Assembly (NCBI GenBank): GCA_964016885.1
Contig: OZ024741.1
Location: 282,534,001 to 282,598,000 of the forward strand
Source: Eledone cirrhosa
Lineage: Eukaryota
Length of the DNA stretch: 64,000 nucleotides
Direction: 5' to 3'
Under the pieces are notes generated by a model, which was not told the origin of the DNA, searched no databases, and saw only the letters and a list, made by a program, of their open reading frames with translations. The position numbers were made by a program, and so were the translations under genes. The first letter of the stretch is position 1. Each line of letters starts with the position of its first letter. Positions 36,001 through 47,335 of the stretch are shown here, in pieces.

Positions 36001-36850
36001 ACAAGTGTGACGACGTGCTTGGGGGAGACTCTAGGTGCCGAAGACAAGCTCATCAGTCTGTTCGGTAGGACTTCCGCCCGGGACCTATGGACAACTTCCA
36101 GAGGTCTCTGGCCTGGCAGTGCTACCGAGGAGCTCTACCCGTTCAAGATAAGATCTACAGGCACGGACGCCCCGGCAGGGATCCTTCCAAGAGGACGTGT
36201 CCGAGATGCGAGCAGGACATTGAAACAGTTTTGCACGCAATTGTACACTGCCCGGGTGTAAGCGACCTGTGGAACTATGCAGAACAACTGCTGTCGTGTA
36301 TGGAACAAATCTAGTTGACTGCCGAGTCCATAGTAAGGATCAAACCGCCAGCCTCTTTCAAAAACGAAAAAGAGGCGTTTTTTCTCTGTACAGTGGCTAT
36401 GGTGAAAGAGGTTATATGGTGGACGAGATTGAGAGGACTGAGGACAGATGCCTTTTTCTCCGGACAACAATTGATTCCCTTCTTTAAGTATCACTTTAGA
36501 AGGAGAATCAGAGTGGAGAGAGAGGCATTGCACCCCAGTAAATTTACTGAAAGGTGGGTGAATGAAGCAAAAATGGCCCGAGTGATTGGGCCTTCTCTGT
36601 TTATAAGCCTGTAGGTTAAAGAAGAGTGCAAAAGGAAGAAGGGAGCACTTGCACAACACGCTCCTGAAGTTGAGGGTTGTTCTATCGACGGGGTATTAAA
36701 CAAACCATTTGTGGCGCTTCCCCCCTATTAGGGATTTCGATTGTTATAATTGTTTGTTTCAATATTTTTACGCGACTGTATGTAAAATCCCCGGCATGTG
36801 TCTTTGTATTATCCCCTTTTCTTGTGTGCCCTTGTGACAAATAAAGAAAT
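33075..36850 (+). mobile_element. Tx1-clade (L1-group) LINE, decayed
   Basis: Q/T-rich ORF1-like tail, then ORF2 from ATG 33495: NVRGL, GDWN, YLDRF, SDH, WKLN, SPGLD, FRPITLLN, YADD, GGLG, CPRC..ETVLHAIVHC; stops and frameshifts; 3' AATAAAG. Confidence 0.92.
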
Positions 36851-36854
36851 ATAT

Positions 36855-37484
36855 TTATATATTACTAAAAGTCTGTGATTGCTTGCTTGCTTGCTTGCTT
36901 GCTTGTCTGAAATGTTAATACAGCCAAAAGGGTGCATAATGGGAAAATATTTTGAAAGGAAGTTGGCCCTGAAATGGGAATACAACTGGAATAAAACAAG
37001 TTTCATGTAAATTGGATCACGGGTTCCCGAGATATGGGGTTTTTCCAGGTACCTTCATAAACAAAGAGAGAGAAAAATAGAGAGGTAAAGATAGTGGTTG
37101 TGACAGAGTACATTAAAAGAGGAGACATAGGGAGAGGAGACAGAGAAGGAGAATGGAAGAGAGCTGGTGGTGTTGTTGTGTATATATATATATATGTGTG
37201 TGTGTATATGTGTGTGTGTGTGTCTATGACCAGTGCATATAGATCACAGACACCCACATATATATATATATATAGACACACACATACATATATATATGTA
37301 TACACATACACATTTATATATATACATACACACACACATTTATATATATGGACCTTCCAGTTTCATTTCACATTATATACATGTCTGTGTATATTTTAAT
37401 TATTTAAAAATTACTTTTAAGTGAACATGATTTAAAAAAAATATTTTGAAGTGAACATGACCCAACGGGTCACGGGTGGTCTAG
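36855..37484 (+). mobile_element. Non-autonomous Helitron
   Basis: 3' hairpin TGACCC-AAC-GGGTCA followed by CTAG|T at 37481-37485; 5' region with (GCTT)n; the 5' TC start is not clear. Confidence 0.65.
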
Positions 37485-37644
37485 TATATATATATATAAA
37501 TCAGGATGGAATCGGTTTGAAACTGGTTAGACCATTATTCAACAGAGTACTTGATACTTGGAGTAGTAGTGAAACTAGCTGTTGAAACAGCAAGAGTTCA
37601 GCCGTCAGGTCCAAACTTTTTCTGATATGTGTGTATATATATAT

Positions 37645-38072
37645 ATATATATATTAAAATAACAGATTAAAGTTTAAGCAAAGAATCGCTGCTTTCACCC
37701 TTAACGGGATCTTCTGAGACTAACAAAGTCAATCTGTGAACGCAGAAGTGAATATTTCAAAAAACGTTGCAACCGGAGGAAGACAGGAAGACGATGCTTT
37801 GGTTCGTGGGAACGTTGCCTGGCAAAGAACAGGAAAAAACGAATATAATACGTTATTATTTGGAGCGGTGAAAAACAATTACACGCAAAGACAAAACCAC
37901 GTTTATGGTATAAAAGAAGTCGTAGACTAATGTTCTCTTAGGTGGTGCATAGAGACGTTCTCTGGCAATGAACGGAGAAAACGAAGATAATACGTCATAT
38001 GTGGGACGTGGAGAACAATTGCACGCAAAGACAAAACCACGTAAATGGTATAACTGAAGTCGTAGACTAAAA
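37645..38072 (-). mobile_element. Helitron-related fragment with internal tandem duplication
   Basis: 37645-37768 matches 21220-21342 inside the Helitron; CACGCAAAGACAAAACCACG..GAAGTCGTAGACTAA is duplicated. Confidence 0.65.
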
Positions 38073-38647
38073 TTCTAACTAGGAAACCGAATGATTCTCG
38101 GCTTCAGAGTTAAGAATAAAGTAAATAAAATACAGAGGTAATTGAAATTAGATAAATACATACACGCATCCATATACGTACATACACAAACATACGCGAA
38201 AAACTCGCCATAGGTATACAAATACACGCACATATAAATATGTGTGAGTGTGTGAGCGTGTATACAAATAATTAAATAAACGTATATAAATAAATAAATA
38301 CGTATATAACAAGCGCACACACATACCTACATGTAAATACACATATGTTCGGAGACGTACGTCAACCAAAACACGAAGTACACATATACACACACCCTAC
38401 ATACGTACGAACCCGCATAATCACACAGACGCAAAACTCACGTATACACATAACCAAGAGCATATGTACCAGAATATATAAAATATACGCCATAGCATAT
38501 ACAATCAAATATACGTATGAGAAAGTATACGTACCTTCACAAAACATACAGGTAATATATACTTACCTATACAAATAAGTAATGGTATAAACATAACATA
38601 TACTTAGCTACCACATCAAGACGTAAAATATCCGCGTATAGATCGTA

Positions 38648-39203
38648 CTATCCGTTAGGGTATAATGTGGGGCTGTAATACAGGAAAGTTTTGTGCAATT
38701 TATGTTTACAAGCTGAAATTGTCTCAGATTTTTTGTTTAAGATGTGGTCTGTGGCGTAGAGTATTTCCAGGGATTCAGCGGCGCAGAGGTCACATGGTCT
38801 TTTATTTCCGTTATACGATCTAGCCCTAGCTAGGATCTCCCAGTGTAACTTATACTGGGTGTGGTTGTCTTTTAGACTCCAGATATAAGCTGAAAATGAC
38901 GTCATATCCCTTCTTAGAGGGTAACGAAAAGAATGGGTATGCATGTAAAGACGCTGCTTGAATCTATTGGCGGTTAACCCTATGTAGACTCTACAGGACG
39001 TGGGTGTTTCAACCTTACATTTGTAGACAATGTTACTAGAGAGGCATTTCTCGGATAGGCGGCAGTCAACCCGATTCCTACAATTACAGTTAATACTAAC
39101 TACAGGGTTGCACGTGTTCCTACGGCTAGGTAGTTTAGCTAAATTTGAAGCTGTGATGTTATGTGCAAGGTTAGGAGTCGTAGAGTAAGAAATTTTAATA
39201 GTA
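38648..39203 (-). pseudogene. Naiad-type Penelope-like element: Zn-knuckle linker plus complete GIY-YIG domain, 5'-truncated
   Basis: Stop-free frame extends upstream of the tracked ORF: TIKISYSTTPNL..CNCRNRVDC..KCLSSNIVYKCKV..VYIGLTANRFKQR..H.HSF..WEIL..CDLC..E..LNKKSE..CKH. Confidence 0.9.
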
Positions 39204-39296
39204 TAAATATTTGCTCCACGGTTCTTATATATTTGATATATATTTATCCTTATCGAGCCCTCTTTGGATTTTAGACTTCAAATTTATTATTATTAC

Positions 39297-39343
<47 letters not shown>

Positions 39344-39466
39344 GTATACACACATATATATACATATATGTATATACTATTATATATATACTATTATACA
39401 TATATATATATATATATACATATATATACATATATATATATATACTATTATACATATATATATACT

Positions 39467-39502
<36 letters not shown>

Positions 39503-40144
39503 TTATTTATTCATATGTAACCCATTTGCAACCACGCAGCACACCATGGTTTCATATATTTATATATTTTCCTCCGCTGTGACCCGTCTGTTTCTTTCTT
39601 ACTGCTTCCCCTTTCTCCGTATCTCTCACTTCCTTTTACCCTCTCTGCCAGTCACTCTCTCTGTTAGCCTCTTCCTCAAACTTTCACTCACTCACTCTCT
39701 GTTACTCCCTCTCCTACTTCCTCCCGTTTGACCTGTGCAAAATTCTTTCCTCACTCGCATTTCGACCAGGTAGGATGGTCTTTATTTTCTCTCGTCTACG
39801 ATTTCACAGAACTTATGTTCATCGATTTCAGGGACTTGACTCCTTCTTCCTCACTTTTCGTTGCATTACCATCTTTGTTTGTTTACTGTCTCGCTCGTTC
39901 CCCCTATTTACGTGTCCCAACGACTTTCTTTAGCCGTTGTTCGCACCAACCAGGGTATATGGTCTTTAAAGCGATGAAATACCAATGAAGGCTGGAAGAT
40001 CACTGATGAAGGACTAAATTTATTCATATATATATATATATATATATATATAAGTAGAAGGGGTATTTAATTTGTTGGAAGTCCGACAAATATAAATGTT
40101 TATAACTGATTTAGAGCACTCAACAAGTTAGTGGAGTAAATATT

Positions 40145-40323
40145 CAATGATATTAAATAAATGGAAACTATATTTATAAAACCATATTTATTTTATTATA
40201 TATATTTCAAGGGTACCAAAACACATTGGTACGCTTTCCTTTTATCTGAGGAAAGCGTACCAATGTGTTTTGGTACCCTTGAAATAAATATGGTTTTATA
40301 AATATAGTTTCCATTTATTTAAT
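40145..40323. repeat. Fold-back palindrome carrying two partial hammerhead copies
   Basis: Arms around the 8-nt loop TTTATCTG; CTGAGGA-AAGCGTACCAA..TTGGTACCCTT-GAAA. Confidence 0.85.
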
Positions 40324-40626
40324 CATCATCATCATCATCATCACCGTTTTACGTCCGTTCTTCCACGCTAGCATGGGTTAGACGGGTTGTCCTGTTGTGG
40401 GCAGTGTCTGGTCGGCTGACCATGCCTTGCTCATACAGGAACTGATCTGGCTTGATTTCTACAGCTGGATGCCCTTCCTAACACCAACCTCATTTACAGT
40501 GAGTGCTGGGTGCTTTTTCGTGACGCCTACACGTCCACTTTACAGTGTGGGCTGGGTGCTTTTTTGCCGTGGCACCTCCACGACCACCTTGCGGTGGGGG
40601 GGGGGGGGGCATATTGTTTATATGCT

Positions 40627-43600
40627 TCAGCATGTACCCATGGGAGGTCGGGTACCCTGTATTACTGCGTGACGCCAGAAGTCACGGTCGTGTGTCATTG
40701 ACTTTGAGAGGTGTAGTTGGGTAAGGTCGGCTTTTATCACCTCATCCCAAGTCATCTTGGGTCTCCCCACTCCGCGGTTTCCATCAACTTCTAGTGCTCT
40801 GCACCTTTTTATGCAGCTGTCATCCTTCATACGCATCACATGTCCATACCAGCGTAACCGCCTCTCCTGCACGCAGCATTTGATTCCTCTTATGCTCAGT
40901 CTCTCTCTCAATTCATTTATGCTTTGTCGTTCACGTATATTACTGTTACACATCCATCGGAGCATGCAGGCTTCGTTTCTCTCTAATCTACGTAAGTCTT
41001 CCACCTTCAGCGCCCAGGTCTCACTACCATGCAACATCGCTGTTCGGATACACGCATCATACAGTCTGCCTTTCATTCTGAGGGAGAAGCCTTTTGCAGC
41101 TAGCAGTGGTAGTAGTTCCCTAAACTTCTTCCATCCCGTTCTTACCCTAGTTATTGTACTTTCTGAGCACCCACCTCCGTTGCTAATTCGGTCACCTAGG
41201 TAGCAGAAGCTGTCTACTGTTTCTACAGGGCCCTCCCAGAGATTGGTGGTACTTGTTTCCTGTGGCTGTTTGCTTGCTGTTTCAGCACAGCTGCTGCATG
41301 TGAATCCTACATTCTTAATTAAGCTTCCTGAGATCCCGCTACATCTCTTGTGTACCCATTGTTTGCATTTGGGGCAAAGAATGGAGTTCCTACCTACACC
41401 TTTCCTACATACTGAGCAAGGCCATTTCCCTGAGGGGATCTGGGTTCTGTTTTCTCGTCTACTTATAAGGACCTTAGTCTTTGTCATGTTGACTTTGAGG
41501 CCCTTTCTCTCTAGTCCCTGCTTCCAGGTTTGGAATTTATTCTCTAGTTCTACCATAGATTCAGCTATGAGTGCGAGGTCATCAGCATACAGGAGTTCCC
41601 ATGGGCATCCGGTCTTAAACTCCTCCGTTATTGCCTGCAGGACTATGATGAACAGGAGAGGGCTAAGAACAGAGCCCTGGTGGACCCCAACCTGTACGCT
41701 AAATTCCTCGCTATACTCATTGCCAATCCTAACTTTGCTGACTGCTCCCCTATACATGGCTTGTACCGCTTTCACAAGCCATTCATCTACTCCTAGTTTT
41801 CTAAGAGCCCACCAGATTACTGCACGTGGAACTCTGTCAAAGGCTTTCTCAAGGTCGACAAATGCCAAGTAGAGTGGCTTACTTTTAGCTAGGTACTTTT
41901 CCTGTAATTGCCTCACAAGGAAGAGCGCATCAGTGGTGCCTTTCCCTGGTACAAACCCAAATTGCATCTCGTCTATATTCACCCGGTCCCTAATCAGCTG
42001 TGCTATAACTCTTTCTGTTACTTTCATGACCTGGTCCATCAACTTTATACCTCTATAGTTTCCTCTATCTAGTGCATCGCCTTTACCTTTGTAGCAGTTG
42101 ACAATGATGCTACTGCACCAATCTTTTGGTATGGCCCCCTCTAGTATTACCTGGTTAACGATACGTGTGGTTATAGTGTGACCTACAGACCCAGATGCCT
42201 TCAGCATCTCGGCAGCTATACCCGATGGACCGGTTGCCTTCCCTATCTTCATATCTCTGATTGCCTTACTTACTACGCTGCCGCTGACTTGTACTGCTGG
42301 TCCCTCTATAGGGTCTACGTGGGGTAGGGTCTCTTCTTCCCATGCATTCTCCTCATTTAGTAATCTATCATAATGACTCTTCCATGCATCTTTCTTCTCA
42401 GCACTTGTGAGGGCAAGCTCACCTTTATCATTCCGGATACACTTCTCTCCAATGACATCACAACTATCTCTGACACACTGCCTCGCAATCTTGAATACCT
42501 CCTGTTTCTGGTCCTCACGTTGTAAAACATGCTTGAATTTTCTATCCTCTGCTTCCCTCCTAGCTAAGTATACTTGTCGCCTAGCTTCCCTCTTGGTCTC
42601 TATGTAATGTACCCTGCTCCCCCCGTTCTTCCATTCTTTCCATGCCTGTCTCTTGGCCTTGACTGCTTCATCTACCTTATTGTTCCACCACCAAGTCACT
42701 CTCCTCCTGCTTGAGGTCTTACTCCAGCCACAAACCTCATCCGTCGCCTCTAGTAAGTTATTTTTTAGGAACTCCCAGTTCTCTTCTACGTTAAATGTCT
42801 CTATCTGTTCTTCTTTACTGTCGTAGGCGTTGAGTAAAATATCTTTAAATCTGTTACTGGTTGAGGGGACTTTCAGCTTCCAGATCTTTCTTCTCCAGGT
42901 TGGCCTCTGTTTCAGGGCTCGTCTAGTTCTGACCGTGAGGTCGCTGACAACTAAGCTATGTTGGGATGTACATTCCTCACTAGGGAAGGCTTTTGTGTTT
43001 ACGACCGTCCATCTGTCACGTCCTCTGATGAGGATAAAATCTAACTGACTAGAGTGCTCCCCTGATCTATAGGTGATCAGGTGGTTGTCGGGTTTTTTAA
43101 AGTTTGTGTTACATATCGACATGTCATTGGCGTCGCAGAATTCTAGAAGTCTGAATCCTTCCTCATTCCTTGTGCCAACTCCATGGCCTCCATGTACTCT
43201 ATTGAAGCCGTCGCAGTGTTTACCTACGTGTCCGTTAAAATCTCCTGCAATGATTAGGAAGTCCTTGTCGTCTGTTAGAGCAGTAGTGTGTATTAGGGAC
43301 TCGTAAAACCTATCCTTAAGTTCGTCTGGCAGCCCCGATTGGGGTGCGTAAGCTGATATTATTGTGGTAATTGTCTTATTCAGGACTAGTCTGAGTTTAA
43401 TGATTCTTGCATTTACCCTGTACACTGAGATTACTTTATCTACCCACTTGTCAGCTAATAGTATACCTACACCACCCATCCCATCGTCATTTCCCACCCA
43501 GAAAAATTTGTAGCACTGGCTTTTTCCTACGAGGACTCTAGCAGACCCTCCTCTCCATCTAGTCTCTTGCACACAGCATACATCAACTTCCTTTCGCTCT

Positions 43601-43746
43601 AGCATTTCTACGATTTCTCCTGCTCTTCCTTTCATTGAGCCTACATTGATGGTACCAACTCGGAGTTTTGGGCATTTGTCGACACTCGTAGGGGAGGGTC
43701 TCTGGGTTGGCGCTTCACGTGGGTGCTTGGTAGCTCGCAGATTCAT
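40627..43746 (-). CDS. RTE ORF: APE endonuclease + reverse transcriptase with internal PHD-like finger
   Basis: 1039 aa without stops; INVGS, VQETRW, GVGI, YAPQ, GDFNGHVG, QLDFI; NYRGIKL, QFGF, FVDLEKAFD, GVHQGSVLSP, YADD, FCYLG, LRWYGHV. Confidence 0.97.
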   Translation of the reverse strand: MNLRATKHPREAPTQRPSPTSVDKCPKLRVGTINVGSMKGRAGEIVEMLERKEVDVCCVQETRWRGGSARVLVGKSQCYKFFWVGNDDGMGGVGILLADKWVDKVISVYRVNARIIKLRLVLNKTITTIISAYAPQSGLPDELKDRFYESLIHTTALTDDKDFLIIAGDFNGHVGKHCDGFNRVHGGHGVGTRNEEGFRLLEFCDANDMSICNTNFKKPDNHLITYRSGEHSSQLDFILIRGRDRWTVVNTKAFPSEECTSQHSLVVSDLTVRTRRALKQRPTWRRKIWKLKVPSTSNRFKDILLNAYDSKEEQIETFNVEENWEFLKNNLLEATDEVCGWSKTSSRRRVTWWWNNKVDEAVKAKRQAWKEWKNGGSRVHYIETKREARRQVYLARREAEDRKFKHVLQREDQKQEVFKIARQCVRDSCDVIGEKCIRNDKGELALTSAEKKDAWKSHYDRLLNEENAWEEETLPHVDPIEGPAVQVSGSVVSKAIRDMKIGKATGPSGIAAEMLKASGSVGHTITTRIVNQVILEGAIPKDWCSSIIVNCYKGKGDALDRGNYRGIKLMDQVMKVTERVIAQLIRDRVNIDEMQFGFVPGKGTTDALFLVRQLQEKYLAKSKPLYLAFVDLEKAFDRVPRAVIWWALRKLGVDEWLVKAVQAMYRGAVSKVRIGNEYSEEFSVQVGVHQGSVLSPLLFIIVLQAITEEFKTGCPWELLYADDLALIAESMVELENKFQTWKQGLERKGLKVNMTKTKVLISRRENRTQIPSGKWPCSVCRKGVGRNSILCPKCKQWVHKRCSGISGSLIKNVGFTCSSCAETASKQPQETSTTNLWEGPVETVDSFCYLGDRISNGGGCSESTITRVRTGWKKFRELLPLLAAKGFSLRMKGRLYDACIRTAMLHGSETWALKVEDLRRLERNEACMLRWMCNSNIRERQSINELRERLSIRGIKCCVQERRLRWYGHVMRMKDDSCIKRCRALEVDGNRGVGRPKMTWDEVIKADLTQLHLSKSMTHDRDFWRHAVIQGTRPPMGTC

Positions 43747-43989
43747 ATTTCATCTATTGATTCAGAGTTGCTCGTGTATTCCCAGCTCATCCATCCATAA
43801 CGGTGGGAAAATTGAGGGCTAGAAGGACAGTGGTGGTGGGGTAATGGCAGGGTGTGTTGGGATGCGCCAGAGGAGGAGAGAGTTAGTTAGGCAGGTAGTA
43901 GCAGCAGCAGCAGTGGAAATGGCATGCTAGGTTTGATTGGTCGAATAGACTATGGTGGTGTGTGGGGGTGGGGGGGGAGGGAAATTGTG

Positions 43990-44847
43990 AGGTAGGAACT
44001 GAGGGTCGCATGGTAAATATCCAAGTTAATACTACATCAGTAAAATTAACAATAATAACGTCATGAAAAAAGCTACTAAGAGAAACCCTCGAAAATTTAT
44101 CGCTAATACAGCAGGGAAAATTTAACGCTAATACAGCAGGGAACATCATAATATTAACGACAATATGTAGGCTAAAATACCTTCGTAGATTAGATGGATG
44201 GCTGGGAAAATTGGAATCAGCTCTAGTGGTACATTTTAGCAGAGAAGAATGGGAAAGTGTCTTATCTCTTCAATATTTTCAGATTGAATGAATTAGGTTA
44301 AAGACAGGGTAGTAAGCCTTAAAGAAGTGCATAGAGAGGGGGGGGTAGGAACTGAGGGCCGCATGGTAAATAACTGAGAGAGATACAATAGGATTAGAAT
44401 ACCGCATGGTAAATATCCAAGTTAATAAGTTAATACTACATCAGTAAAATTAACAATAATAACGTCATGAAAAAAGCTACTAAGAGAAACCCTCGAAAAT
44501 TTATCGCTAATACAGCAGGGAAAATTTAACGCTAATACAGCAGGGAACATCATAATATTAACGACAATATGTAGGCTAAAATACCTTCGTAGATTAGATG
44601 GATGGCTGGCTGGGAAAATTGGAATCAGCTCTAGTGGTACATTTTAGCAGAGAAGAATGGGAAAGTGTCTTATCTCTTCAATATTTTCAGATTGAATGAA
44701 TTAGGTTAAAGACAGGGTAGTAAGCCTTAAAGAAGTGCATAGAGAGGGGGGGGGGTAGGAACTGAGGGCCGCATGGTAAATAACTGAGAGAGATACAATA
44801 GGATTAGAATACCGCATGGTAAATATCCAAGTTAATAAGTTAATAAG
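43990..44847 (-). repeat. About 410-bp tandem repeat (two units) in the RTE 5' UTR
   Basis: GTAGGAACTGAGGG.CGCATGGTAAATA near 43992, 44345 and 44756; units near identical. Confidence 0.92.
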
Positions 44848-44884
44848 TTAATATCATTGTATATATATATATACACACACACAC

Positions 44885-44915
<31 letters not shown>

Positions 44916-44918
44916 CAC

Positions 44919-44972
<54 letters not shown>

Positions 44973-45313
44973 AGAAGTTGACAGACCCGGCGTATTTAAC
45001 AATGCCAGGACCGGTTGCATTTCAGCGTACTCAATATATAATGTAGAATACATTCCAGAGTATACACATAGTTATTTGCTTCAATACAACACACGTAAAC
45101 GGGTGTCTATATTAGTTGCCGGACTCGAGTTTCGAATTCTTGTTTATAGAATTCTTTCTGCCTTTGTTACTCTAAATATAAACTATAGCTTTAAAGAATT
45201 AGCTTTTAATGAATTCCCTTTTCTATCAACCAATGACTTCTACCCATTCCACTCCCTACCCTCTCCTACCACCTGAAGAGACCTATAAATACCATATTTA
45301 TTTTTTGATACCC

Positions 45314-45364
45314 AGATTCCTGATGATTTCTAAAGAATGAAACAGTACTAGTCCTGTAGAATCT
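45314..45364 (+). ncRNA. Type I hammerhead ribozyme motif with closed stem III
   Basis: AGATTC-CTGATGA-T-TTCT-AA-AGAA-T-GAAACAG-TACTAGTC-CTGTA-GAATCT. Confidence 0.8.
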
Positions 45365-45689
45365 CATCTATATTAAAACTTTTATACTCTGCAATGTATT
45401 GAGTACCTTACTTACTGTGGTTACCTCCGACTCAACCCGGAATAACGTACCTATATATATATATATATATGCATATATGTGTGTGAAGTGATAGAAACTC
45501 GGTGTCCAATAGTTTAACTTTAGAGAGAAAGTTATGAACCGAACAGACATAACTACATATGTGATTATGTGTGTGTGTGTTTGAACGTGTGTGTATGTGT
45601 TTGTGTGAATGTGTGTGTGTGTGTGTGCATGTGCACATGTGTGTATGTATGTATGCGTGTGCATGCATTTGCGCATGTGTGTGTATGTA

Positions 45690-46440
45690 TGTACATAGCT
45701 GGAACTGTACAATTAAAGAAGAAATTTGAGACATGGAAACAAAACCTGTGATCAAAGAGCCTCAAAGTAAACAGGTACACAAATATAAGAATTATAGTAA
45801 GAAAGAAAGAAGACAGGAATCTGGAAATGACTGAGCTTGATTATATGGGTAAGGAATAGGTAGAAACTCGATCATTAGATGTAAAAGAGATATACTGGGA
45901 TCCTAGGTAGGCTAAGAAGGTAGACTTCATCTGTGGATGATGTACAGGAGTAGTCTGCAGTAAGGATTCACATGAAATTAATCCTTTCAAATACTCAAAA
46001 TACTCACTAAAAATAGTTGATAGCTTTAGCTAGCTTGTTAACTTAATTAGCAGAGGAGGTAGATGAACCAAAAACATATCAAGAGGGAGAATGGGATGGA
46101 AGAAATTCAGAGAGATGTTATGGCAGTGTGTAGGGAAAATTTTATGATGTTTCTATATAAACTGTTATGCTATATAGTTGCAGGGCATGGGCCTTGAATA
46201 GAGAAGATCTGTGACAACTGGAAAGAAATTAAGCATATATGCTCCACTGTGTAAAGTTAGTGTGCATGAGCAACTGAGAAAAAATCTGAGAAAAAACTGA
46301 GAAAAAATCTGAATATAAGGGGGATCAGATATAGTGTGTAAGAGAGATGACTGTGTTGGCACAGACATGTGATGCATATGGGGAATGACATTTCTATAAA
46401 GAAGTGATGAGAGCTTGAAGCGTATGGAACCTGTAGAAGA
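45690..46440 (+). mobile_element. Very old RTE fragment
   Basis: [19 protein letters not shown], degenerate PHD region, RMGWKKFRE. Confidence 0.75.
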
Positions 46441-47335
46441 GGGAGTACCTCCCGTGGTACACCTCGATAACATTATTCTCTTTTCTGTAGTATCTATCAC
46501 TCTCTTTTATCATGACACATCTCTATTGATATCCTGTCACATTGCTCATGCTGTTTTCCTTCTCAACCTCCTACCCACCACTGTCTCACTTCCTCCACTA
46601 TCATTCAAATCATATTCCTTTCTCTTCTAATTCTTGACCCCCATCCCCCACCCACCTTCTAATCTCTCTCTCAATCACATTTGCTTTGATATAATGGAGA
46701 CAGCAGAGTGGAGAGGTCCTTTTGTTTTGCAGTAACTAAGACAATTTCTCTAGTGGTGGGGCCATATGTGGTCAACAATTGAATAGAGACAATGTAGAGT
46801 GGAAGGAGTCTTTAGTCTTATAAGGACATGACAACCTCTAGTGCTGATACCATAATAAAATGCATCTACTACACTCTGTATAGTAGTTGATGAAGCTGGA
46901 AAGGCATCCAGTCATAGAAACTATACCAAAATTGGAATGTAGGATTGTAATGTGGTCCTCTAACCCATTTAGGGGACTAGTAACCCTGAATAACAACTAA
47001 ATTGGACCCTAACGACCCATCTAACCTATGTTAATATGAAAACTGGATGTAAAATGATGATGATGACGATGACAATGATGGTGATGATACTGATAATCAT
47101 GATAATGATACCAACACACAAATCTGGTAGTAATTCTACTTTAAAATCTTTGACATTTTCCTCTTTGTAATCTCAAAGTTAAAATTAATAAAACTGAATT
47201 GTTAAATAATAATTATATATAATGATATAAAAGGGATAGAGGGTAAAAAGAAAAATTCAATGAAAGCTGATTTTAAAAAAAAATCAATTCATTTTTTTTA
47301 ATTGAATTTTGAGTTCAAGTTTGTATTTCAAATTA

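Larger units (their letters stand above)
40324..44847 (-). mobile_element. Full-length RTE-clade LINE
   Basis: (GAT)n tail, 3' UTR, intact ORF, 1.1-kb 5' region; TTAAT duplicated at 40319-40323 and 44848-44852, where the interrupted palindrome arm resumes. Confidence 0.9.

Noticed and set aside
37527-37615. Hammerhead on minus (TTGGAC-CTGACGG...GTCTAA)
   Set aside because: Stem I pairs, but A9, GAAA, stem III and the NUH triplet are all non-canonical.
38075-38117. SECIS element in the Naiad 3' region
   Set aside because: Simple hairpin without the tandem GA quartet; no in-frame UGA in the coding fragment.
40757-43306. Plus-strand ORFs overlapping the RTE ORF
   Set aside because: Antisense shadows of the RT frame with no recognisable motifs.
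16753-45780. YI/HT/CV-rich ORFs (e.g. 16753, 18449, 30407, 39264, 45368)
   Set aside because: Translations of TA/CA microsatellites.
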